From: Candidatus Atabeyarchaeum deiterrae
Lineage (GTDB): Archaea > Asgardarchaeota > Atabeyarchaeia > Atabeyarchaeales > Atabeyarchaeaceae
Length of the DNA: 64,000 nt
Assembly (NCBI GenBank): GCA_037310415.1
Contig: CP147780.1
Span: 960,001-1,024,000 of the forward strand
Reading direction: 5' to 3'
The notes beneath the pieces are model-generated. The model did no database searches, was not told where the DNA came from, and saw only the letters and a program-made list of their open reading frames with translations. The position numbers were made by a program, and so were the translations under genes. Positions 24,207-33,063 of this stretch are shown here, piece after piece (positions within the stretch are counted from its first letter, which is position 1; every line of letters begins with the position of its first letter).

Positions 24207-25125
24207 ACTCTGTAACAGCACGAACTGTAGGGAATGCCCACAAAATGTTGTGTGCCAAATCCGAAACTCAGCCAGACTAGATATGCGTGGACGATGCTTG
24301 CGCGAATCGGGATTTTCCGCTTGGTGTAGACTCGTGGGACCGCATCTTACCTTTCTCTTATGATGACCTGTTGTGCTGATGCTTGTTGTCCAATGCCATT
24401 CGCCTACTGACTTGGTCTCGCCTGACGATGACCAACACGACCGCGATCGATGCAACGATGGCAGCGATACTGCATCCAAGCACAAGGAATATGAGCGAGT
24501 AGTCGAGGCCAAAAGCCGTCGTGGATACTAGGATGAGATCTTCGGAAGACCCAAAGAAACTGTAAGAATCCCTGACCATCAGCCCGGTCGCCTTATCCCA
24601 CCACAACAACGTAGTTTCGTCAACCCATGCCTCGTTGATAACTCTAGACCGACCGGCAATGGTTGCAGTAAATGTCTTGTTTATTGTGGAGGGGCCAAAG
24701 ACCAATTGAGCGTATCTATCACCTACAGATAAGCCTGCTGCGATCAGCCACCAAAAGAGAAGGTCACCGGAGATGTTGCCCGTCCGAACAAAACTATGAA
24801 GAGTATCTACTGTTCCATTCTCTAGGAATCGTGTCACATTCAGCGAAACGATATCCCCCGAGATACTGATAACTTGAGTGTGCATGTAGTGCCATGTGAG
24901 ATCTCCCTTTATACACGCGTAGTCTGCTGTGTCGCCTACGTTGACTCCGACATTCGTCGGGGCTGTTGCAGGCGAGGCATTAAGTGTGCCGGAGAGGGAT
25001 GTGAGTACTAGGAGTAGCACCACTGCGGGGCCTAGTTTCTTGTTCATTGCACGCGTTCCCTCCCAGTGACCCCTAACTCAAACACGATCACCGTCAATGA
25101 TGACTAAACATGTATTTATCTTTGT
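24207..25125 (-). repeat. Copy A of a duplicated ~0.9-kb surface-protein cassette (inverted relative to 48293..49202)
   Basis: Homology covers about 75 nt upstream (ATAAATACAT...CTGGGAGGGAA), the CDS and about 150 nt downstream (GCGGAAAATCCCGATTCGCGCAAG...GTTACAGAGT). Confidence 0.9.
24358..25047 (-). CDS. Secreted, C-terminally membrane-anchored protein of unknown function (paralogue of 48371..49051)
   Basis: Signal peptide, VGVNVGDTADY and WWDKATGLMV motifs, several N-x-T/S sequons, C-terminal TM helix with basic tail. Confidence 0.85.
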   Translation of the reverse strand: MNKKLGPAVVLLLVLTSLSGTLNASPATAPTNVGVNVGDTADYACIKGDLTWHYMHTQVISISGDIVSLNVTRFLENGTVDTLHSFVRTGNISGDLLFWWLIAAGLSVGDRYAQLVFGPSTINKTFTATIAGRSRVINEAWVDETTLLWWDKATGLMVRDSYSFFGSSEDLILVSTTAFGLDYSLIFLVLGCSIAAIVASIAVVLVIVRRDQVSRRMALDNKHQHNRSS

Positions 25126-25224
25126 TTCCATGGGGCAAAGCACGTATATCGGAAAAAACGTTGAACAAAGACTAGCAATAGAAAAAGTCTAGAAAAAGGA
25201 GGGAAGAGTTTGTAGGAGAGATAC

Positions 25225-27495
25225 TCAGCTGTATAGTTTCTCTCCCCCAACCCTGTACCGATCCATGAGTTCTTGCCTCTTTGCGCCATTCCATCCGGCA
25301 ACGCCACCATTCTTGCCAACGGATTGATAATACCCTGTTATCCTTGAGTACCACTCCACGTTCTCCGAATTACAGTTTGGACAACTGTCCCTGAGCCCGG
25401 GCGAGGTAACGTTGCAATTTTCGCAAGTTGTCAGGTCCTTCGTATACGCGAAGTAGCCAATCTGAGTCTCTGTGGCAATCTTTCTTGTCAGCCTCGCTAT
25501 AGCCTCCGGATCTGGATTGGCCTCACCCAACCACACATGGAACATGTTCCCACCTGACATCAGCGCCCAGAATGGCTGTTCCACTCTTAGCTTCTCCGAC
25601 AGCGGTATCCGTGCGCCGACGTATGCATGAGTCCCATTAGAGTAGTAGACTGGAGGGTCGGCTCCGTCACTATTTTGGTCCCAAGCATTGAGATCACCTT
25701 TCACGACAGTTCTAGATTCTTGTGGGTAATGGATCAGGTCGGCAACAGCCATTGACTGTGCACATGATTCTGCAGGTGTTCTAGCGATAGCAAGCAGCAG
25801 ACCAGATTCCTCTTCTAATTCCTTCCTTATTCGCTCCATCTCTACGACCGTTCTAAGGCTGAATCTGAGTGCGTCATTGCTCTCATGAAGCTGTTCACCA
25901 ATATGATACTGGACCATTTCATTAACTCCAACCAAGCCTATGATGTACCGTAGAGTCTTGACGTCGACCAGTGGCGGCATGGTCTTACCATTCACCTTCG
26001 GTTGCATGGTCATGAAAGGAAGAAGCCCATTCTTGATCTGTTTGTCCAAGAGTCTCCTTTTGATCTGGAAAACGTCTATCGAGCTTCTCATAGTCTTCTC
26101 AATTTCTTCCCAAAGTAGCGAGTCATTTCCCTTCGCAAGGTATGCGTGTTGAGGCATGTTCAGGCTTACGACTTGAACTGCTCCCCAAGAGAAGTGCTTG
26201 CCGTCTGTGAAGTTCAATTTGTCCCAGAACTCTGGATCCTCTTGCGGGGAGCTTGCCTGATCATAGGAGCAACACTGATAGCATCCGAGCCTAACTCCGC
26301 TATCCCCGCCACTCCTATATCCCGGGATCTTGTTCTCAAAATACGGGATCCCGAACTTGGAAGCAAGCTTTGCAGCCGCTAGATAACAGTCGTCATAGTC
26401 GGCGCTCATGAACTCCTTATCATATACTATTTCCATCTTCGGGAAGAAGAACGGTTTACCCCATTTGTCTCCTTCCATAGCAACCTCACAAAGGGCCCTA
26501 AAGAACGTTCGCGTTTCGTCTTCATAATCCCCATACACATCGTCCAGCACCTTCCCAGCCTTGACAACATGTATGTCTCTGAATATCTTTGGGACACCAG
26601 GAGGCATCTCAATTGAGGCAAAAAGAAGCTGACCACCGCGAGCTACGTATGCTTGCGTATGCTCGAAGAAGAGCATCTGGGCAAGTTGTTTGACTCTCTC
26701 ATAGGGTAGACCCCTCATGTAAGGCGCAAAGAACAGCGTATAGTTATACCATCCCTGTCCACCAGCCCAGTTGGTTTGGGCTGAAGCTAGGGCTTTGACC
26801 GAATGAAGTATGGCCACTTCAGGGTGCTTTGGCGGACCAGCAACAGAGGTTCTAGCCCCCACACCATCAGGAAGTAACCCTGAATAGAAGAAGTACCTTA
26901 GGTCATGATTTTGACAGAATGGTCTGGTGGCAAAATACTCCAAGTCATGGATGTGTATTCGCTTCTTCATGTGAGCGTCTGCTAGATAAGGCGGAATAAC
27001 GGCGAGAAGATTTGCCTCTTTAGCTGCCTTGTCGGCAACTTTCTTGTGAAGAGTTTCTGGGTTTGGCTGACTATTCGCGTTTTCCCTTGCTTCGAATCCT
27101 CTTCCTTCCATGATTTTGATGTAATCGTAGATTGGCATACCGATTCTGGTGTAGAAATTCCTGTAAATTGCGTATCTTGGCTCTTTCGTTGCTTTCATTA
27201 GCATTTCAGCGCAGACGAGCTCCCGAATGAGTGGGCCACTGACAAAGGGCAACCGCCTGATGTACTTATTGTAAACTCGGTCAGCCAGCTCCTGGGCTTC
27301 TTCTCTACCAAGAGGAGTTAGATCAGGATAGTGCTCGATGGCAAGCGCTGTCTCTTTGAGCAGATTGTCAACTATCTTCTGTTTGTCAAAGAATTCGATA
27401 ATTCCCCTGTTTGTTCTAACTAAAGGTTTCCCACGTTTTCGAATCTGGACACTATCAACCCAACTCGTAACATATGGATCTTTCAACACATCCAT
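25225..27495 (-). CDS. nrdD: Class III anaerobic ribonucleoside-triphosphate reductase with ATP-cone-like N-terminus
   Basis: IHIHDL, RTPAES, YSNG, CENC..CPNC, glycyl-radical loop SRITGY; start ATG 27495. Confidence 0.96.
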   Translation of the reverse strand: MDVLKDPYVTSWVDSVQIRKRGKPLVRTNRGIIEFFDKQKIVDNLLKETALAIEHYPDLTPLGREEAQELADRVYNKYIRRLPFVSGPLIRELVCAEMLMKATKEPRYAIYRNFYTRIGMPIYDYIKIMEGRGFEARENANSQPNPETLHKKVADKAAKEANLLAVIPPYLADAHMKKRIHIHDLEYFATRPFCQNHDLRYFFYSGLLPDGVGARTSVAGPPKHPEVAILHSVKALASAQTNWAGGQGWYNYTLFFAPYMRGLPYERVKQLAQMLFFEHTQAYVARGGQLLFASIEMPPGVPKIFRDIHVVKAGKVLDDVYGDYEDETRTFFRALCEVAMEGDKWGKPFFFPKMEIVYDKEFMSADYDDCYLAAAKLASKFGIPYFENKIPGYRSGGDSGVRLGCYQCCSYDQASSPQEDPEFWDKLNFTDGKHFSWGAVQVVSLNMPQHAYLAKGNDSLLWEEIEKTMRSSIDVFQIKRRLLDKQIKNGLLPFMTMQPKVNGKTMPPLVDVKTLRYIIGLVGVNEMVQYHIGEQLHESNDALRFSLRTVVEMERIRKELEEESGLLLAIARTPAESCAQSMAVADLIHYPQESRTVVKGDLNAWDQNSDGADPPVYYSNGTHAYVGARIPLSEKLRVEQPFWALMSGGNMFHVWLGEANPDPEAIARLTRKIATETQIGYFAYTKDLTTCENCNVTSPGLRDSCPNCNSENVEWYSRITGYYQSVGKNGGVAGWNGAKRQELMDRYRVGGEKLYS

Positions 27496-27526
27496 TTTGG
27501 AATACTTCCTCCCATGACAAGATGAA

Positions 27527-27811
27527 TTAGTAGTCTTCACCGACGAATTTCAGTACCTGACCTTTCTTCAGATTGTTACTCGAATCGAATATCTCGTTGG
27601 CTCGTAGTACTTTGTCTTCCTTAACAAGCGCCGGAACTGAGAATATGTTGCGCATCAGCGCATCGACTTTGTTGTCTGGTTCGTCGATGTTGTGCTCCAC
27701 ATACTTCACATTCACTGAGCTGAGGAAACTCTTCAGTGCCTTGCAACTCGGACAGTTTGTCTCAACAAACATCTTCACGACTCTACCTCTTTCCATCGAG
27801 CGTTGCCCCAT
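27527..27811 (-). CDS. Glutaredoxin/NrdH-like redoxin
   Basis: CPSC motif and FSVP cis-Pro motif; directly upstream of nrdD. Confidence 0.85.
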   Translation of the reverse strand: MGQRSMERGRVVKMFVETNCPSCKALKSFLSSVNVKYVEHNIDEPDNKVDALMRNIFSVPALVKEDKVLRANEIFDSSNNLKKGQVLKFVGEDY

Positions 27812-27955
27812 TACTCAAAGGTGTGTTCGGTGGCGCACCCTTTCCAAAGAGAGTCCCTGCTTGCGATACTTAGGTTCCACCCTTGTTTGTCGACTCTCCT
27901 CGAGACTCTCCCCTTAGATGGGTGAAGACAATTATCTATATGGTCATGAAGAGTG

Positions 27956-27969
27956 TATTTAAGTTTTTT
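27956..27969 (-). promoter_or_regulatory. Probable TATA box of the redoxin-nrdD operon
   Basis: Minus strand AAAAAA-CTTAAATA, about 145 nt upstream of the ORF start. Confidence 0.45.
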
Positions 27970-28097
27970 GAGCAGTTCATCAAGAATAATCGATAATGGA
28001 CGACGCTGAAATAGACACGCACACGTTAATAGAAGAAAAAACTTGTCAAAAAATCAACAGTCAATAGATGAGATTTCCGGGCGCAAGGAATTCCACT

Positions 28098-28226
28098 CTA
28101 TTCTTCGTCTTCCTCTTCTTCCCAATCTTCATCTTCTTCCTCTTCGTCTTCCTCTTCTTCCCAGTCTTCGTCTTCCCAATCTTCGTCTTCGTCCTCTTCG
28201 TCTTCAGTATCTTCTTCGTCCTTCAT
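28098..28226 (-). CDS. 42-aa polyacidic micropeptide (D/E/W)
   Basis: ATG at 28226 preceded by GGAGG; MKDEEDTEDEEDEDEDWEDEDWEEEEDEEEEDEDWEEEEDEE; mixed synonymous codons; TTTAATA box upstream. Confidence 0.65.
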   Translation of the reverse strand: MKDEEDTEDEEDEDEDWEDEDWEEEEDEEEEDEDWEEEEDEE

Positions 28227-28608
28227 TTCGAGATCTTCCTCCTGGGATATTTCCTTCGGTCGATTGTCGAAGAGATTCCTATTAAACGTAGCTCTATTGG
28301 TCAAGCATGACTCAAATATTCTTGTTGCTGTAACGAATTCAGAAACATGCACCCTTTGTTCAGTTTTTGAGCCCTAAGGACACCCAATTCGTGGCCCAGA
28401 ACGCTGTTGCACCTTCTTTCGTGTTTTTAGGTATTGTGAGAAAACAGAATTTTAATATGCAATATTTAACCCCTAAATTGGATAGTCATATGCAGAGTTG
28501 GACATTTCAGCGATTTCAGGGTCTAGACGACTGATACGATAGTGCTCGGCGACGTGCCAGTAGAATACAACTCGAATTGAGATTGTTCATATTTGAATCT
28601 AACATGAG

Positions 28609-29469
28609 TTGAAGACCGCCCAGAAGGGGGAATTCATTTCGTTTAGCCAAAGTGCTTTCTACTATTTGACCTACACGCCTTCCAAGTTCGCTGATATGGC
28701 AGCGATATCAAGTCACCTACATAGCCTAGGATGTAGCAGCTTCAACAAGTTCTTCTGGCGTGTTCCAGTACACCAATTGCGATCCGTCCTCACCTTCCGC
28801 GGGCTTGAAAATGTGGTTATATTGAAGCGTTCAAGAAGTCTAGTCAAAAATGCAATCGATGACAAGAACGGAATCGTAGAACTCGGTAGTTTGGTCATCG
28901 TGGGGTACAGATTGAATAGGCCGTCAACAAGAACCAGAAAGATTATTCAACGAGCACTGCAGAGGGCTCCTTACTTCAGATTATGTCCCTCAGTGTATGC
29001 CTTACCGCAATTGAAGAAACTGAGGTCTATGAGCCAAGCAAGTGACAAACGAGAGATGACTACTCCAGGCAGACTGATTGATATTCTTGGAAAACTAGAT
29101 TGCAGAGTGTTGAGACTGTCAAGGATTACTGTCTTGGACTCATCAATGGGAACCCTTCTTGTTGAGCGAATGAAGGTAACTCGAAGAGCCCGATGCAGAA
29201 AATTGATTCAAGCGTGCAAGAGAATCGAGAACTCCATTCGTCTTCAAGGTGAAATCCTTTCGACCAAAGCCTTCAGGCTAAAACTCTCCGAAATAAAGTT
29301 CAGATATCGTGCGATGAGAACGGTGCTTGGCTTTTTCAAGAGAGAGATGAATATCGATGTGAGCAAAGAACTTGTCAAGGTGAGCAAAGCGATAAGTTCG
29401 TGCTATTCTGTTCTCAGAGAGGTCGAAGACAAAAGTGCCGTTGCCACGATTGAATCCCCTGGCTACTAG
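28609..29469 (+). CDS. Basic hypothetical protein with ChrB-N/Cas2/PaaX-like segments and a helical C-terminus
   Basis: Long ORF, K/R-rich; LVIVGYRL...RKIIQRALQRAPYFRLCPSVYALP resembles the Cas2-like ferredoxin pattern. Confidence 0.6.
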   Translation: MKTAQKGEFISFSQSAFYYLTYTPSKFADMAAISSHLHSLGCSSFNKFFWRVPVHQLRSVLTFRGLENVVILKRSRSLVKNAIDDKNGIVELGSLVIVGYRLNRPSTRTRKIIQRALQRAPYFRLCPSVYALPQLKKLRSMSQASDKREMTTPGRLIDILGKLDCRVLRLSRITVLDSSMGTLLVERMKVTRRARCRKLIQACKRIENSIRLQGEILSTKAFRLKLSEIKFRYRAMRTVLGFFKREMNIDVSKELVKVSKAISSCYSVLREVEDKSAVATIESPGY

Positions 29470-29579
29470 AGAATTGAGTGAGCAAAGATGAATCGGGGAA
29501 AGGGTTAAAAGGATATCGTGCCATTAGTGTGTTTTCACTTTATTTCTCCGCTGCGCATAAGGAGGGTTGCGAACCAGCG

Positions 29580-29870
29580 ATGGGAAACCTTGAGTTCTGT
29601 CCGAAATGTGGAAAACTTCTCCTCCCCAGGAAGGAAGGCAAAAGCATTACCATGAAATGCAAAGGGTGTGGAGCGACATACAAACCGAAGGACTTGGATG
29701 CTTACAAGTTAAAGGTCATGATCCCGCCTAAGGCGAAAGAACGGTTGGTGGTGGTTGAGGGCGGAGTGAGAAAGAAAGGAACAGAGTTGACCGAGGACGA
29801 GCGGGTTGAGGCCTATCGTCAAGCTCTCGACTACTATCAGGGTGAGGAGGAGACTGGAGAAGAACAGTAA
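29580..29870 (+). CDS. TFS/RpoM-like protein with N-terminal zinc ribbon only and an acidic tail
   Basis: EFCPKCGKLLLP...CKGCG; ATG 29580 after GGAGG; no second zinc ribbon. Confidence 0.8.
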   Translation: MGNLEFCPKCGKLLLPRKEGKSITMKCKGCGATYKPKDLDAYKLKVMIPPKAKERLVVVEGGVRKKGTELTEDERVEAYRQALDYYQGEEETGEEQ

Positions 29871-29949
29871 GCAGGCAACACATTGGGCATAACAATATGC
29901 TGCATTACTTGACGTTTTGCTAGTTTTCACCATGGCTGCCCATGCCAAT

Positions 29950-31176
29950 TCAATTCCCGCCAATCATCTGAAATATCTTCCCAATTAGGAATTCAGGAAG
30001 CGCCCTGACCAAGGTATCTCTGTAAGGACGGATTCCCCCCAATATATCCGTGATTTTTCTACTTAGGCTATCCTTCACGGGCGTGTCCTTCTTGAACGTT
30101 CGACTCATGAACCCTCCCCTATTAGCTATTCCTTCGAACCACTTTCCCCACCTGAGATCGCTACCAAACTTGGCCCTCCATTGATGCTCGTACCTCTTCA
30201 GGTATCCTACAGATAGATCCTCATCTTTGATTCCCTGCGAGGCAACTTCGCCCGCAATCCCCCCTGCAACCATTGAATAGTAGATCCCCTCACCTGATAT
30301 CGGAGAACAGTGACCAGCTGCGTCTCCCACCACAATCAAATTGTTGCCGTAAGTCGGTGAGATCACTCCAGATAGCGGGCATAAAGCAGTCTCGAACTTC
30401 AGTATCTTAGCGTCACTGAGTTTTCTGCTTGCGACAGGGTGTTTTCTGACTAAATAATCCAAGTAGTTTCTGAGGTTGACCTTCACAGCCGAAAGTAGAG
30501 ATCCCACTCCCACGGTGACTTGGTTGTCTTTTGGGAAGATCCACGCGTACCCGAGTGGGGACACATCATGCCCATAGTACATTTCATTTCTATCACCGAT
30601 TCTCCTATCGATTAGATTGTTATCTAGTTCCATCTGATACTGGACGCACTGGCCAAGTTGATCTGGCTTGAACGCTCTATGGGTTCTGGTCTTCTTGACT
30701 ACTATCGAACTTGTCCCATCTGCTGCAACCAAGAGACCAGCTCCAACTCTTTGTGTCCTACCACCTGCTGACAAGCAGGTCAACTCATAAGACCCTGATC
30801 CATTGGAATGAGGCTGTGTTACGTCAACTACCTTTGTTCCCGTGTTCACACTTACGCCTAACTTCTTGACTCGGTCGATGAGATACTCTCCAAGGGCACC
30901 TCTATCAATGTTCAATGAGATTACCCTAGAATAATCTACTTCCTCCGTTAGATGGTCAGGCAGGATCACTCTTATCCCCTTGATCTTGCGGTTAGCAAGT
31001 TTCCAAGGGATATGAAACAGATTCGCTGCATCAATTCGTAGCATTCCACCACAAGGCTTCCTTTCTCCTGGTGCAACATCCTTGTCGATGACGTTGACTT
31101 CCATTCCACGTTTTGCCAGGACCTCCGCTGAAATCAAACCAGCCGGTCCCGCCCCAACAATAGTGGTCTCAACCAA
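29950..31176 (-). CDS. Geranylgeranyl reductase family flavoprotein
   Basis: GAGPAG, KPCGG, AADG, YAWIFPK, GDAAG..SPISGEGI. Confidence 0.92.
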   Translation of the reverse strand: MVETTIVGAGPAGLISAEVLAKRGMEVNVIDKDVAPGERKPCGGMLRIDAANLFHIPWKLANRKIKGIRVILPDHLTEEVDYSRVISLNIDRGALGEYLIDRVKKLGVSVNTGTKVVDVTQPHSNGSGSYELTCLSAGGRTQRVGAGLLVAADGTSSIVVKKTRTHRAFKPDQLGQCVQYQMELDNNLIDRRIGDRNEMYYGHDVSPLGYAWIFPKDNQVTVGVGSLLSAVKVNLRNYLDYLVRKHPVASRKLSDAKILKFETALCPLSGVISPTYGNNLIVVGDAAGHCSPISGEGIYYSMVAGGIAGEVASQGIKDEDLSVGYLKRYEHQWRAKFGSDLRWGKWFEGIANRGGFMSRTFKKDTPVKDSLSRKITDILGGIRPYRDTLVRALPEFLIGKIFQMIGGN

Positions 31177-31340
31177 GATTATGTCAAATCCCCATCAGCA
31201 TTCGTGGTGAGCGAATTCAGAGCGAGTCACCTTTACTCGCATTTCATATTTACTGTTTGCTTAAGTTCGTATTCGACACCTTTTTATTGTAAGTTCACTC
31301 TACTACTAGAAAGAAAGAATGTAGAAAGGAGAACCGAAAA

Positions 31341-31973
31341 ATGACAAGTTTCCTTGCTGCTTACATTCCAGAGATAGTCAATAACGTTCCATTGATACTT
31401 CTTGTTGCTGGCATTCTGACGTTCATCTACGCAATTGTCCGGGCAAAAACTCCAAAAGGAAAAACGAGTGGACTTGAGGTCATACTGGGAGTAGTAATGT
31501 TCATAATAGGGTTATTACTGCCAATTGTAGCCGCTCTCAGTTTCTTGGATGGTCTCTGGGGCACCTTCACCATAGTACTTCTGATACTTCTCAGCATGAC
31601 GCTTGTGCTTGGACCGATCGCTAGAATAATGAAGAGGATTCCAGCGTTAGCTACTGCAGCAATTGGGGCGCTCGGAGTAGCATACTTGGTCGCTGTAGTC
31701 TTGCTGGCTGCTGTTCCCATACCACCGTTCCTTGAAACCATCATTGCTCCATATGCTAAGTGGATCATGATCGCAGTTTTCATAATCGTCGCAGCACTGT
31801 CATTCATGATAATCTTGTTTGCTAGGGGTCTCATAGAGTTCTTTGGACTCATACTTGGGGCGTGGCCCATACAGATCATAATAGCCATAGTGTGCATTGC
31901 TCAGGGTGGTTTTCTACTCGTTGGCATGAGTCTACTGCAATTCATAGAAGGCCTGCCTTTCATGCCCAAGTGA
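31341..31973 (+). CDS. Multi-pass membrane protein of unknown function
   Basis: About six hydrophobic segments; ATG after GGAG. Confidence 0.8.
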   Translation: MTSFLAAYIPEIVNNVPLILLVAGILTFIYAIVRAKTPKGKTSGLEVILGVVMFIIGLLLPIVAALSFLDGLWGTFTIVLLILLSMTLVLGPIARIMKRIPALATAAIGALGVAYLVAVVLLAAVPIPPFLETIIAPYAKWIMIAVFIIVAALSFMIILFARGLIEFFGLILGAWPIQIIIAIVCIAQGGFLLVGMSLLQFIEGLPFMPK

Positions 31974-32143
31974 TTCGTCTGGAGCAATTCACAGAGCTTG
32001 ATCCTGGAGTCAGTTTGATGGAGAATGATTCATAACTTCTCCTTTTTTTGTAGCAGCCTTGGATCGACTGCATAGATCGGACGCCATTGATCTTGCGGCA
32101 GCAGAATCCTGTTTTGAGCGAGATAGCCCAATCTGGGGAGAAA

Positions 32144-32926
32144 ATGAGAATTACAGAGGGAATCGAAATTGTTGAGAACTACCCGGCTGTCTTCATAGAG
32201 CCCTTGGACACTCTCGTTGTGGCAGATCTACATCTTGGTTTCGAACGAGAACTGGCAGAAAGCGGTATTTTCCTTCCTCACTTCCAATATCAAGACATAA
32301 AGGAATCAGTGGCATCGATCGTCAGCCGAGTATCACCAAGACAAGTCATAATCAATGGAGATTTGAAACACAAGTTTGGCGAAAGAACCACACAGGAATT
32401 GAATGAAGTCATCGACTTACTCGACTATCTTACTCAAAATTCTGAGAAGGTTGTTGTGGTAAGAGGAAATCATGACAACTTCGTCAAGGGACTGTTCGCA
32501 AGATACCCGAAGGTAGAGTTTGTGGAAACATTCTACTCTGAAGGCAGTTTCATTTTCACCCATGGACATGAGATCTGGGGTGGGATCGAATCGGAGAGGT
32601 CCGGCGTTTTGGTGATAGCGCATGAGCACCCGGCCATAGCACTCAGAGATGATGTCGGAGTCAAAGTGAAACTGAGGGCCCTCCTCGCCGGCAAGACAGA
32701 TACGAATAAGGACTTAATAGTGCTGCCAGCATTCTCACCGATCTCGCTAGGCGGCGAAGTCAACTTGGTGACTGACAACGAGCAGATACTATCGCCATTC
32801 CTGAAAACCCGAGGAACTCTCATGAGGATGAGGGCATATGCAATAGATGCAAGATCTGGTATCTTCAGCTTCCCAGAACTGAGATACTGGTCTGGCACTG
32901 AACCAAGAAGAAAGGTTTCGCGCTGA
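32144..32926 (+). CDS. Calcineurin-like metallophosphoesterase
   Basis: ADLHLG, NGDLKH, RGNHD, THGH, AHEHP, LPAFS. Confidence 0.92.
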   Translation: MRITEGIEIVENYPAVFIEPLDTLVVADLHLGFERELAESGIFLPHFQYQDIKESVASIVSRVSPRQVIINGDLKHKFGERTTQELNEVIDLLDYLTQNSEKVVVVRGNHDNFVKGLFARYPKVEFVETFYSEGSFIFTHGHEIWGGIESERSGVLVIAHEHPAIALRDDVGVKVKLRALLAGKTDTNKDLIVLPAFSPISLGGEVNLVTDNEQILSPFLKTRGTLMRMRAYAIDARSGIFSFPELRYWSGTEPRRKVSR

Positions 32927-33063
32927 TGTTGTAAACACTTCTTCTGGGCTATTGAGATCGCGACCAACCTTTGGTGTAGTATGTTCCTTTTCTGGTACAA
33001 AACAGTAAAATCCCAGTGCAGTCCTCATTAATAACCCAGAATCATCTGTAAGGTAGATTCAGC

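Noticed and set aside
28043-28352. Plus-strand ORFs 28043..28285 and 28068..28310, and the 84-aa version of the acidic ORF
   Set aside because: The plus-strand ORFs are low-complexity shadows; the SD and TATA positions favour the ATG at 28226.
28609-29469. CRISPR-Cas locus suggested by the Cas2-like pattern
   Set aside because: No repeat-spacer array or other cas genes in the window.
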